A stretch of 64,000 bases of DNA from NCBI GenBank assembly GCA_043228905.1, contig JBHGNT010000015.1:13702001-13766000 (forward strand), read 5' to 3'. The DNA comes from Azolla caroliniana. Its lineage: Eukaryota; Plantae; Polypodiophyta. A program made the position numbers and the translations under genes. The notes beneath the pieces are model-generated. The model was not told where the DNA came from and did not search any database. It worked only from the letters and a program-made list of their open reading frames with translations. This document shows, piece by piece, positions 25,944 to 37,095 of this stretch (position 1 is the stretch's first letter; every line of letters starts with the position of its first letter).

Positions 25944-26625
25944 GGATTGACCACAATGGTTAAAGTAACCACATTCACTTTAACCAGGGTTGGCAAGCTT
26001 GAGGTTAGTTAGTTAGTAACCATAGTCACTTTAACCAAAGGTACTTATGATTGCATCAATGATTACAAAGTCAAACTAACATATTGATGAATATTTTATA
26101 GTCAAAATAACTTACAATGACTTTGAAGGTCATGAAGGAAACAATGATAGAGGTTCATGAATTAACCAATGATTGATTACTGAAAGCAATATTTTTATGA
26201 CTCTTAATTGCTTTGTATTGAAGATGTGGGCATGAATGAACTAATGATTGAAAAGTCTTATATTTCAAATGGTGGGCATGAATGAACCAATGATTGAGAA
26301 GTTCTATATTAAATATGGGTGCCATTAATTAACCAATGATTTTAACTTTAATCCAACATATATATGGCTTGGTAATGATTGTAATTATATTATACTTTAT
26401 TTAACTTCATACAGACTAGTTTAAGTAATTATTAATATGTTGAATACAATTATTATACTAAAAATAATACTTTTTATGTATTGTATTAATATAATATTAA
26501 TTAATATAGACATTATATTGATGCAACTTCTGTTTAGAGAGGAGTTTATGTTTAGACAGGAGCTTATCAGTTTTTTGCCTTAGCTTAAGCACATAACTTA
26601 AAGAGCTCTGTGTGGACCTTAAGCC

Positions 26626-27605
26626 ATGAGTGAAGATTCACTGTTCTCGATTGAAGAATATTGTTTGTCATAAGACACTTCATTTTCTACCGAAGAGTAT
26701 TGTTTGTCAACAGACTCACCATTTTCTATTGAAGAATATTGTCTATCGACAGACTCACCATATTCTATCGAAGAGTATTGTCTGAGCTCATCTTCACCTA
26801 CAACGAATGTGAATAATGACAAATGTGAAGAGTTCTCTATTGAAGAATACGATATTAATAAAGATACGGAGAATGACGGTAGTGCCAATGAAACATCGAA
26901 TATCATGGGTGATGGTCACAACAAACAATTGGATAGTAACAAAGTTACACCAACTTCTATGGAGGAAGAGAAATCTGGAAGCCCTATGCATATTAGAAGA
27001 ATCCCACGAAGAATTCGTCTGGCTAGATTTAACTTGGTGACATCAGATAAACAGATTGGATTTGATATCAAAAAAATATGCCGTGCCCATGGTTGTATGT
27101 CTATGATTGGAAAATCAAAGTTGCAAGAATTAAGGCGATACTATTTTTCGATGACTGGTGATGAGCAAGACACTTACTTCGGGTCACATATGCAACTAGT
27201 GTCTGACAAATGTGCAAGGATCAAAGTATCATTCGAGTATTATATCTTCCATGCGCAACAGATATGTAGAGTTGCATTCAAAATTGTGTTATGTGTTAGT
27301 AACATGCGGCTACATAGAGTACAACAACGTCTACTTAGCGGGGATCAGATGCTCAATTGTAAAGAGGTTCCAAGTATGAAAGGTGCAATTGGAAGACATG
27401 CTATTGGTTGGATGAAAAGTTACTTTCAATTAAATTGTGAAGTAATGCCCACTACAGGTAGGATGCACCTCTCTGATAATTACACATGTCGGGAAGTTTA
27501 TGATGTCTATCAATCTGATATGGTGGGCTCACGTAATAAGTCTGTCACATATAGCCAATTCACAAGATTATGGAGAGCTCGGTTTTCAAATGTTATCATT
27601 CCACT
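26626..27605 (+). pseudogene. Transposase, N-terminal part (Sola-like DDD/E family)
   Basis: ATG 26626, 13-aa repeats, ICRVAFKIVLCVSNMRL, EVMPTTGRMHL, SQFTRLWRARFSNVIIP. Joins RKVRMGYCSIC at 38505 once the LTR insertion is removed. Confidence 0.75.
26628..26790 (+). repeat. 39-bp coding tandem repeat x4 (DSPFSIEEYCLST)
   Basis: Visible in both DNA and translation. Confidence 0.9.
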
Positions 27606-29290
27606 TGTGCCGTGCCTTACGGCTCCGGATCGTTGCGTGAGTCGGGTGGGAACTGCTGGGGTTTTGGACTAGGAGGAAAGAAAATTCTAAGCCAATTAAG
27701 AATATGAAATATATTGTAAGAAAGAAATATATGAAAAACTCGTGAATCCCACGAGTATAGTGTATTAGTGAGTACTCAAATTAAGAGAGAAAAATAGTTA
27801 GCAAATTGTGGATCCCACGATTATATTATATTAATCAACCCTTGTAAAATAATCAACAACATCTATACATCTTTCTCTTTTCCTTATATAGTGTTGGAAG
27901 AGTCTAAGTTTATCACATGCAAGCATCATGCTTTTCCTATCTTTAGTTTTCATGCACACTGCATGTGCATGATTAGCTTTCTATCTCATCTCGAGTGTCT
28001 ATGCATGAATAACTTTTTGTACCATGCATGTCTAGAATATTTACATGGGATAAAGTTTAGTATAACTTTAAAATTCATAATACGCTAATATAATGGTAAG
28101 GCTTCATATTATTAACATGGAGGTACAGGGTTCGAATCTTGCCCTATGCATGTAACAATCTTTTCTTCTATTTACAAATTTGTCTTTTCATCTGGTTCTC
28201 ACCGGTTCCTCCTTACCGATTCCATCCTTCATTCGTTTCTCACCGGTTCCTCCTTACTGATTCCATCCTTCATCCGGTTCTCACCGGATCTTCCTTACCG
28301 GTTCCTCCTTCCGGTTCTCACCGGTATCGCGTTGTTACACGCATGCGTGTAGAAGGGGTGGGACCACGGGGGTCTAGGACTAGGGAGTAGAGGAGAAAGA
28401 ATAAGATATGTTTGGAAGCTTAGCTCAAGAGGAGAAGAAGAGAGAATAGGATCATGATAAAGGAGAGATCGGCAGAGGTAAGATACTCAACAAGATATAT
28501 TAAAACAACGAATGGTTACAACAATGGTGGCCGCATGGGCCGCACCAAACGACTATGAGAAAACCCTAACCGAAGATGAATAAGGAAAACCCTAAACGAA
28601 ACCCTAACCCTAAAACGGTAAGAACTCTAGACTAAGTGGTATACCTCTCATACGCAAAATAGGCAACCCCTCATAAGTGACCCCTCCCTTCCTTTTATAG
28701 CCCAAGGAGGGAGGGACCTTACAATGTAGGATAAAATTTCCCCTCTTATTTCTATACACCATTTCCTAGTATACGTGTGCACATGTTGCACACCACCGAC
28801 TTGCCCTTTCCACCCCGGTTTCCGCCTATGGACGAAAATCTTCACAACATCCGCCCCCACCAAACCACACATCCACTGGTATGTGCCAAGAAGGGGAAAG
28901 AGGTGAGATTTTCGGCCATGGCGATCAACCAAGTCCTTAGTGTCTTTGTCAGCTTTGCCCAACTTTGTCTTCCACTTCGAGCAAGCCCATCCGTCCCACA
29001 TGGACCATCGTAGCCTCCTGGTCCGCCATATCCGTCGTATGCTCTTGAACCGTCGGCTCCGTCCGATCCACCATACTTGACGGAGTTCGTCGAACCACTG
29101 TCTCCGCCCAATCCGCCAGACCCGATCTTCGCACGCCACTCTTCGGCTTCCTTCGTTTTCCACCTACGACCTTGGGCCAAATCCTCGTTCTTCCCGACTG
29201 TTTGCCAGATATTGCACCGTGTGCTCTTCGTCCACGCTTGTCTCGCCTCGGCCGCTTCCTCGACTTGGCACTGTCACGCGCCGAACTTCG

Positions 29291-32200
29291 TGTTGGGATT
29301 ACGGTCCCTCCGGATGGGATGTCCGGAGATGAATGACGGCAAGCCCGGTTGCGGTTACGGAACCGGATGATGAAGAGTACCCGGCATGAAGCCGGATGAC
29401 GAGTACCCGGATGCGGATCCGGATGATGAAGAGTACCCGGCATGAAGCCGGATGAAGAGTACCTGGATACGGATCCGGATGATGAAGACCCCGGTTACGG
29501 AGACGGATGACGAATGTACCCGGAGAGAGATCCGGATGCGGGGACATATTTGTAAATATGTTTGCCAAGAGCCCTTGTGGCTATATTTGTAAATAGCCCG
29601 AAAGTCATATGTGTATAAATATGACTTAGGGCAAACAGTTTTGTTGTTGCTCAATTTTTCATGAGAAGTGAGAGCAGCCGACAGAGAGAGAGAGAGAGAG
29701 ACGAAGAGGTCGCTGCCTCTGTGTACTACCGCCGCCTGTGGCGAAGACATGAGCTCAAGGTTGTTGCCTTGAAGCTTCACCATTGTACATCTCTGTTCAT
29801 AGTGATAGTTGGAGTTTGAGAACTCCCGTGGTTTTTTCCCAGTTAGGGTTTTTCCACGTAAAACATCCAGTGTACCTTTCTCTCTATTGTTTTGTGCATT
29901 TCCTATTTCCTGGTTTTTTTCTGTGAGTTGATCCCATTCCTCGGTTGTGGCCGAGCACTGTCGACTAACAAATTGGTATCAGAGCGACGGTAACACAGAA
30001 AATGGAAGGCGGCGGTAGTGGGCCTCCGGGCATGATGGTGCTGAACGCGCAGAACTACGCCGACTGGAAGATAAAGATGGAGGATCTGCTCATTGTTCGG
30101 GACCTGTATGAACCGATCGACAGGTCGGAAATACCCAAGGGGGTACTTGAGACGGAGTGGAGGCTTCTGAACCGGAAAGCCGTTGCAACCATTCGGCAAT
30201 ACGTCGACGTGAGCGTTCTACAACACGTGGCGAACGACACCAACGCATATGAGATGTGGAGGAAGCTGTCGGGCCTCTACGAGAGGAAGAATGCGTTGAA
30301 CCGGACCTCCCTGATGAGAAAGATAGTGAACCTCAAGTACCGGGACGGCGAGAGTATGGTGGAACACGTAAGCACGTTCATGGGATTCGTGAACCAGCTT
30401 GCGGCGATCAAGTTCCCGTTGGAGGATGCAATGCAAGCCATCATTCTGATGTGTACATTGCCGGACAGCTGGGAGAACTTGGTGGTGACTCTCAGCACCT
30501 CCTGCACCGAAGATAACTTGTCTCTACAAACGGTAAAGACAAGCATTTTGAACGAAGAAGCGCGACGGAGAGATAAAGAACCGGTCTCCGACTCGAAGGC
30601 GCTGCTTACCGAATCGGAACGGGGAAGACAATGGAACCGGAGTCCGCAAAGACGGGAGAAGTCGGGGACCCGGTCGCAGTCAAGAGGAAGGCCCACATGC
30701 TTCCACTGTGGGAAGCCGGGGCACTTCCGGAAGAATTGTCGGCATTACCGAAAGGACAACGGAGCCGATGACACCGATTCGAAGAAGTCACCGGAGAGAA
30801 ACGGTGCATACCGGGGAGCCACGGACCGGAGAGGTTCGGATCGACGAGGGCAGGACCGGAAAGGAACGACGGCACTCGCGGCAAGTGAAGAGGAGATCAT
30901 GCTCATCACCGAAGAAGGTGAACTAAACATTGCTGGCGATGAGACGACCTGGGTGGTCGATTCCGGAGCATCGTTCCACCTGACCCCGGAGAGAAGATAC
31001 TTCTCATCCTACACAGCCGGTGAGCATGGCTGTGTTCGGATGGGAAATGAAGGTACGTGCCGGATAGCCGGCATAGGAGACGTGTGGTTGACAACCCCGA
31101 CCGGATGCAAGATGCTGCTGAAGGATGTCCGACACGTTCCGGAGGTTCGATTGAACCTGATTTCGGCCGGGAGGCTAGACGATGAAGGCTACACAGGTAG
31201 CATCCGGAACGGCGTAATGAAGTTCAGCAAGGGGAGCCTGATAGTGGCTCGGGCCCGGAAAGTCAACACACTGTACCTGATGAATGCCCGGTTATGTCCG
31301 GAAGAGCTGAATGTGGCAGCCGACACTGCCGGTGAGCTGTGGCACAAGAGACTGTGCCACATGAGTGAGAAGGGGATGAAGAGGCTTGCAGAAGACAACC
31401 TCATCCCAGTGAAGCATGTGCACCTGGAGAAGTGCACCGATTGCCTGGCCGGTAAGCAGAACCGAACCTCATTCCACTCAAGGCCACCGACGAGACGTAG
31501 CGCACCATTGGAGTTGGTGCACACTGATGTGTGTCAGGTAGAAACGAAGTCACATGGCGGAGCCCAGTACTTCGTGACATTCATTGATGACCACAGCCGG
31601 AAGCTGTGGACGGCACCGTTGAAGACAAAGGACCAAGTGTTGTCAGTCTTCAAAGATCTCCACGCGAGAGTCGAAAGGGAATCCGGCAAGAAGCTGAAAG
31701 CGATACGAGCGGATAACGGAGGGGAATACCGGGGGCAGTTCCAGGAGTACTGTCGCTCGAAGGGAATCCGGCTCGAGTTTACTGTGCCGAAGACGCCGGA
31801 ACTGAACGGGCTGGCCGAGAGGATGAACCGGACCATAATGGAGAGGGTCCGGAGTATGCTGGCGCATGCGAAATTACCCAAGGGATTTTGGGCTGAGGCA
31901 ATGTCGACGGCGACGTATGTGATAAACAGATCACCCTCAGTACCTTTGGACGGAGACACGCCGCAGAAAGTGTGGACCGGTAAGGAAGTGTCCTACCGGC
32001 ATCTGAAGGTGTTCGGGTGTCTCGCATACGTGCATGTGGCAAAGGACCGGAGAGGAAAGTTAGATCCAAAGACCCGGCCATGCATATTCCTCGGTTACGG
32101 CGACGACGAGTTCGGCTACCGAGTATGGGACCCGGTCGACAAGAAGATATTCAGGAGTCGAGATATCATTTTCATGGAGGACAAGACGCTCGCCGACTGG

Positions 32201-34768
32201 GAGTCGGAGAAGAAGATGAAGAGCTCCAAGTCGACCGGTGAGGATAAACTCTACGAGGAGCAGTCCCGACCGGCAAGGGACCGGTTAACACTCGAAGACC
32301 CGGCCGAAGACGGTGAAGAAACAGAACCGGCCGAAGAAGATGAAAATGATACCGGAACCGGCCCCGATCCCGAAATGGATTCGGATGAAGAAGAAGAATC
32401 GGAAGAACCGGTTACCGAAGCTCCCGAACGGAGATATCCTCTAAGAGAGAGAAGGGCCCCCCGGAGATTTCCGGAACCAGAGCACGTGCTGCTAACCGAC
32501 GAGGGGGAGCCGGAGAGTTTTGAAGAAGCAGAACTTGACACCCAGAGCCGCAGGTGGTTGAGTGCCATGCAGGACGAGATGGATTCCCTGCATGAGAACC
32601 ACACATATGAACTTGTGGAGTTGCCGAAAGGAAAGCGGGCACTTCGAAACAAGTGGGTGTTCAAGCTGAAACCGGGAGATGCCGGAAACCCCCCGAGATA
32701 CAAAGCCAGGATCGTGGTGAAGGGGTTTCAGCAAAAGAAGGGCGTCGACTTCGACGAGATATTTGCCCCGGTAGTGAAGATGACCTCCATCCGGACGGTG
32801 CTGAGCATAGCGGCAAGCATGGACCTCGAGGTAGAACAGATGGACGTGAAGACGGCATTCCTTCACGGTGACCTCGAAGAAGAGATCTACATGCAGCAAC
32901 CGGAAGGATTCGAGAAGAAAGGGAAGGAGCACCTGGTATGCCGGTTGAAGAAGAGCCTTTACGGACTGAAGCAGGCTCCCCGGCAATGGTACCGGAAGTT
33001 CGACTCCTTCATGACCGACGAAGGGTACCTCAAAACGCAGTCCGACCACTGCGTGTTTGTGAAGAAGTTCGAAGGAGGAGACTCTCTAATACTCCTCCTG
33101 TACGTGGACGACATGTTGATCGTCGGACGGGACCAGGTCAAGATACGGATGCTGAAGAAGGCTCTTCACCGAACCTTCTCAATGAAGGACCTGGGTCCGG
33201 CGAGGCAAATACTAGGGATGCACATCATCCGGGACCGGAAGAAGAAGCAGTTGTGGCTGTCACAGGAGAAGTACGTGACGAAGGTGCTTCACCGGTTCAA
33301 CATGTCGGAAGCAAGACCGGTCGGATCGACCCTCCCGACAAACTGCAAGCTATCCAGCAAGCAAAGTCCCAAGACAAAGGCTGAAAAGGAGGATATGATG
33401 AAAGTGCCGTATGCCTCAGCCGTCGGGAGCTTGATGTACGCCATGGTGTGTACGAGACCGGACATAGGATATGCAGTCGGTGTGGTGAGCCGGTACATGA
33501 GCAATCCCGGCAAAGAGCACTGGAACGCGGTCAAGTGGATACTCCGATACCTGAAGGGCACGGCAAACGTGTGCCTCCGATTCGGCTCCGGTAAGCCCGA
33601 ACTCGACGGCTTTACCGATTCGGATATGTCGGCTGATGTAGATACCAGCCGGTCCACATCAGGGTATGTGATGACGTATGCAGGGGGAGCTGTTTCGTGG
33701 CAGTCGAGGCTGCAGAAGACGGTTGCGTTGTCAACCACGGAGGCGGAGTACATGGCGGTTGTTGAAGCCGGCAAGGAAATGATATGGATGAAGGACTTCA
33801 TTAGAGAGCTCGGTATCCGGCAGGAGGAGTACCGACTCTACTGCGACAGTCAGAGTGCCATCCACCTTGCGAAGAACGCGGCCTATCACTCCCGGACGAA
33901 GCACATCCAGCGAAGATATCACTGGATCCGGGAAAGGATAGAAGACCAGGAGTTTGTGCTGACGAAGGTCCACACGGACGAGAACGGGTCGGATATGCTG
34001 ACCAAGGTGCTCACACCCGACAAGCTGGAAGCATGCCGGAAGAGGATCGGACTGGAGAGACATCCCATGCCGAAGTGAAGGGGGAGTTTGTTGGGATTAC
34101 GGTCCCTCCGGATGGGATGTCCGGAGATGAATGACGGCAAGCCCGGTTGCGGTTACGGAACCGGATGATGAAGAGTACCCGGCATGAAGCCGGATGACGA
34201 GTACCCGGATGCGGATCCGGATGATGAAGAGTACCCGGCATGAAGCCGGATGAAGAGTACCTGGATACGGATCCGGATGATGAAGACCCCGGTTACGGAG
34301 ACGGATGACGAATGTACCCGGAGAGAGATCCGGATGCGGGGACATATTTGTAAATATGTTTGCCAAGAGCCCTTGTGGCTATATTTGTAAATAGCCCGAA
34401 AGTCATATGTGTATAAATATGACTTAGGGCAAACAGTTTTGTTGTTGCTCAATTTTTCATGAGAAGTGAGAGCAGCCGACAGAGAGAGAGAGAGAGAGAC
34501 GAAGAGGTCGCTGCCTCTGTGTACTACCGCCGCCTGTGGCGAAGACATGAGCTCAAGGTTGTTGCCTTGAAGCTTCACCATTGTACATCTCTGTTCATAG
34601 TGATAGTTGGAGTTTGAGAACTCCCGTGGTTTTTTCCCAGTTAGGGTTTTTCCACGTAAAACATCCAGTGTACCTTTCTCTCTATTGTTTTGTGCATTTC
34701 CTATTTCCTGGTTTTTTTCTGTGAGTTGATCCCATTCCTCGGTTGTGGCCGAGCACTGTCGACTAACA
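29291..34768 (+). mobile_element. Intact young Ty1/copia element; 680-bp LTRs 29291-29970 and 34089-34768; TSD CTTCG
   Basis: LTRs appear identical. cttcg at 29286-29290 and 34769-34773. PBS tggtatcagagc at 29974. PPT aagggggag. Confidence 0.98.
30002..34078 (+). CDS. copia Gag-Pol polyprotein (1358 aa)
   Basis: Uninterrupted ORF with CFHCGKPGHFRKNC, VVDSGAS, INT (HTD..RADNGGEY..AERMNRT), RT (LLYVDD) and RNase H (FTDSD..TEAEY..CDSQSAI). Confidence 0.98.
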   Translation: MEGGGSGPPGMMVLNAQNYADWKIKMEDLLIVRDLYEPIDRSEIPKGVLETEWRLLNRKAVATIRQYVDVSVLQHVANDTNAYEMWRKLSGLYERKNALNRTSLMRKIVNLKYRDGESMVEHVSTFMGFVNQLAAIKFPLEDAMQAIILMCTLPDSWENLVVTLSTSCTEDNLSLQTVKTSILNEEARRRDKEPVSDSKALLTESERGRQWNRSPQRREKSGTRSQSRGRPTCFHCGKPGHFRKNCRHYRKDNGADDTDSKKSPERNGAYRGATDRRGSDRRGQDRKGTTALAASEEEIMLITEEGELNIAGDETTWVVDSGASFHLTPERRYFSSYTAGEHGCVRMGNEGTCRIAGIGDVWLTTPTGCKMLLKDVRHVPEVRLNLISAGRLDDEGYTGSIRNGVMKFSKGSLIVARARKVNTLYLMNARLCPEELNVAADTAGELWHKRLCHMSEKGMKRLAEDNLIPVKHVHLEKCTDCLAGKQNRTSFHSRPPTRRSAPLELVHTDVCQVETKSHGGAQYFVTFIDDHSRKLWTAPLKTKDQVLSVFKDLHARVERESGKKLKAIRADNGGEYRGQFQEYCRSKGIRLEFTVPKTPELNGLAERMNRTIMERVRSMLAHAKLPKGFWAEAMSTATYVINRSPSVPLDGDTPQKVWTGKEVSYRHLKVFGCLAYVHVAKDRRGKLDPKTRPCIFLGYGDDEFGYRVWDPVDKKIFRSRDIIFMEDKTLADWESEKKMKSSKSTGEDKLYEEQSRPARDRLTLEDPAEDGEETEPAEEDENDTGTGPDPEMDSDEEEESEEPVTEAPERRYPLRERRAPRRFPEPEHVLLTDEGEPESFEEAELDTQSRRWLSAMQDEMDSLHENHTYELVELPKGKRALRNKWVFKLKPGDAGNPPRYKARIVVKGFQQKKGVDFDEIFAPVVKMTSIRTVLSIAASMDLEVEQMDVKTAFLHGDLEEEIYMQQPEGFEKKGKEHLVCRLKKSLYGLKQAPRQWYRKFDSFMTDEGYLKTQSDHCVFVKKFEGGDSLILLLYVDDMLIVGRDQVKIRMLKKALHRTFSMKDLGPARQILGMHIIRDRKKKQLWLSQEKYVTKVLHRFNMSEARPVGSTLPTNCKLSSKQSPKTKAEKEDMMKVPYASAVGSLMYAMVCTRPDIGYAVGVVSRYMSNPGKEHWNAVKWILRYLKGTANVCLRFGSGKPELDGFTDSDMSADVDTSRSTSGYVMTYAGGAVSWQSRLQKTVALSTTEAEYMAVVEAGKEMIWMKDFIRELGIRQEEYRLYCDSQSAIHLAKNAAYHSRTKHIQRRYHWIRERIEDQEFVLTKVHTDENGSDMLTKVLTPDKLEACRKRIGLERHPMPK

Positions 34769-36489
34769 CTTCGTGGTTGATCATCCTCGTGCTCGTCGCT
34801 CGGCCCTTACGCGGCCACATCGCACGTCTCGCACTACGCTTCGCTCCGCGTACCCTCTCGAAAAGGTACGTTGCTTCCCCGACATCCGTGTCGGTGCACT
34901 CATCTTCGGTGTCCCCCGCAACCTCCGATGTTGCCGCTTTGCCCCGAGGTACACCCTCTTGGTCCGCCTGGCCCACTCGGTCACACACATCCTTCGGGAT
35001 GCCCCGTCTGCCCTTCACGGTACGTGACCCTCCGTTCTCCACGCATCCCCTTTGTTTTCCTAGACACAATCCTTCGTTCATGCTGATCACGCTCATCTCA
35101 TTCCGTCGATCTTGGCGTCTCGTCGCACCGTCCGTCGTCCCGCGCTTGCCTCCCAAAGGCTTCCTCCGACCGTCATCGTCGGTCACTCGTTGCGGCTCCC
35201 TCGAATGCACGCTCATTCTTTGGTCCTTAGGTGACCCCATTACGCGCACCTCGATTCTCCCTTACTCTCTGTGCTCTCTCGTAGTAGAGTGTATCGTCAT
35301 CCCGACCTTCGTGTTGGGGTTCTTCGCGGCTCTCGTTACCGCTTCATCCCGACTCGCACCCTCTTGGCCCGCTTGGCCCCGCACGTCCTCTGGGACGTCG
35401 CTTTTTCTCTCCCCGATGCATAACTCTTTGCTCTCCGTGCACCATCCTCCGCTCTCGTCGTTCATCCGCCGATCCCGGCAACTCACCGCTCCGTCTCTTG
35501 CAGCGTGCTAGCCTCTCAAAGGCTCGATCGGTCCGCCGTTGCCAGTCACTCGCTGCCGCCCTTCCGGCTGCATGCTTGCTTCTTGGCCCTTCGCCGGCCG
35601 TAGTGCATGCTCCGTTTTACGCCGTAATGCATGCTTCGTGTTACACGCTTCTCCCGCCGTAGTCCCGACCTCCGCGTCGGCCTCTTCTCCCTTCGTTGCC
35701 GTAGCCCTTCTCGACCCCGGCTTGCCATCTTGGTTGTGCTCGTCCGTCTTCACGCACCGGGTACCCGTTCTGGTAGCCTCGTCCGTTTTGGTCTCTGACT
35801 CCCCGCCGCCACCCGTCGTCTCTCCGGTCTTATGTTGATCCGCAACCGCCGAAGTCTCTAGAATAGGCGGGGAGGGTCCCTCTTGCTCTCGGCCTCTCAC
35901 CGATCCGTACTCGTCATGACCGGTTATCCTCCTTCTCTCTCTCACCGGCTCCCATCGTAACCATAACCGGCCGGTAAGGAGTCGATCAAACAATCCCGGT
36001 CTTGCCGGCTTCTTTCGGTTTGGGCCCGGTTGACCGGCCCCCACTTCACTCTTCTTCCGCTTCGTCTTCCGGTCGAGTCGGTCCCCGACTCTCTCCTCTT
36101 TGTCGCTCCCGACCTCTATGTCAGTCCTCTTGTATATGCCCGTTCCGTGCCTCGCATCCTCATCTTCGCACATGTTCGCTCCGGGACATGCCTCCTCACG
36201 GCCATCATCCTTCACTCCGGTCTTACGTTGGCATTCGAGTGCAATAGCCGAAGTCTCCGGCCCCGGTGTCGAGGGGTCTTGCCTCCGTCCGCTATGACCT
36301 TCCTCGTCGTCGTTTCGATCGTCCGCTTTGGCGCCGCCACCTTCCGCTCTCCAGTCTCACGTGGGCTCTCGGGGCCGACCGCTGAAGTCTCTAGAATAGG
36401 TGTGGGAAAAGTCCCGGTACCGTTACTCACCGATGTCATCTTCGTAGCCACCTTCGTTCGGACGTCGTGGTCTGTGGCTATCTCTTCCT

Positions 36490-37095
36490 CGTTCTCCTCG
36501 TCGTCGTCTTGGTCTCGGTTTCCCGCCTTGCCGTCACCACCGCCCGTCGCTCTAGGACTCACGCAGGCACTCGGGCCGACCGCCAGAGCCTCTAGGATCG
36601 GTGTGGGTAAGGATCCGGCACCACCGCTCGTTGTGTCCGTAGCCGCCTCCGTCCGGACGTCGTTGTCCGCGGCTACCCCACCTCCGATCACGCAAGCCTC
36701 GATTACGCTTGCCGCCATCTCTTCCATGTCGTCGTCTCGGCTGCCCGCCTTGCCGTCGCCACCGCCCGTCGCTCTAGGACTCACGCTGGCACTCGGGCCA
36801 ACCGCCGGAGCCTCTAGGACCACTGTGTGTAAGGTCGCGGCACCGCCGCTCGTTATGTCCGTAGCCACCTCTATCCGGATGTCATTGTCCGTGGTTACCC
36901 CATCTCCGATCGCGGAAGCCTCGATTATGCTTGCCGCCTCCTCTTCCTCGATTTCCTTGTTGTCGTCTTGGTTGCCCGCCTTGCCGCCGCCACCGTTCAT
37001 CACTCTAGGTCTCACACCGGCTCTCGGGCCGGATGCCGGAGTCTCTAGAATCGGTGTGGGTAAGGACCCGGCACCGCCGCTTGTCTCCTCCCCAC
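36490..37095 (-). repeat. ~185-bp imperfect repeats within a low-complexity ORF (36212-37270) of the non-autonomous element
   Basis: Repeated SGGAGSLPTPILE..AVGPSA.VSPRATGGGDGKAG blocks. Confidence 0.8.

Noticed and set aside
28560-28615. Interstitial telomere (aaaccctaa copies; also 38115-38170)
   Set aside because: Only a few dispersed telo-box-like motifs inside both LTR copies, not a tandem telomeric tract.
30055-34581. Numerous antisense and alternate-frame ORFs over the copia elements (also 56513-61880)
   Set aside because: By-products of GC-rich coding sequence and LTR repeats with few stop codons.
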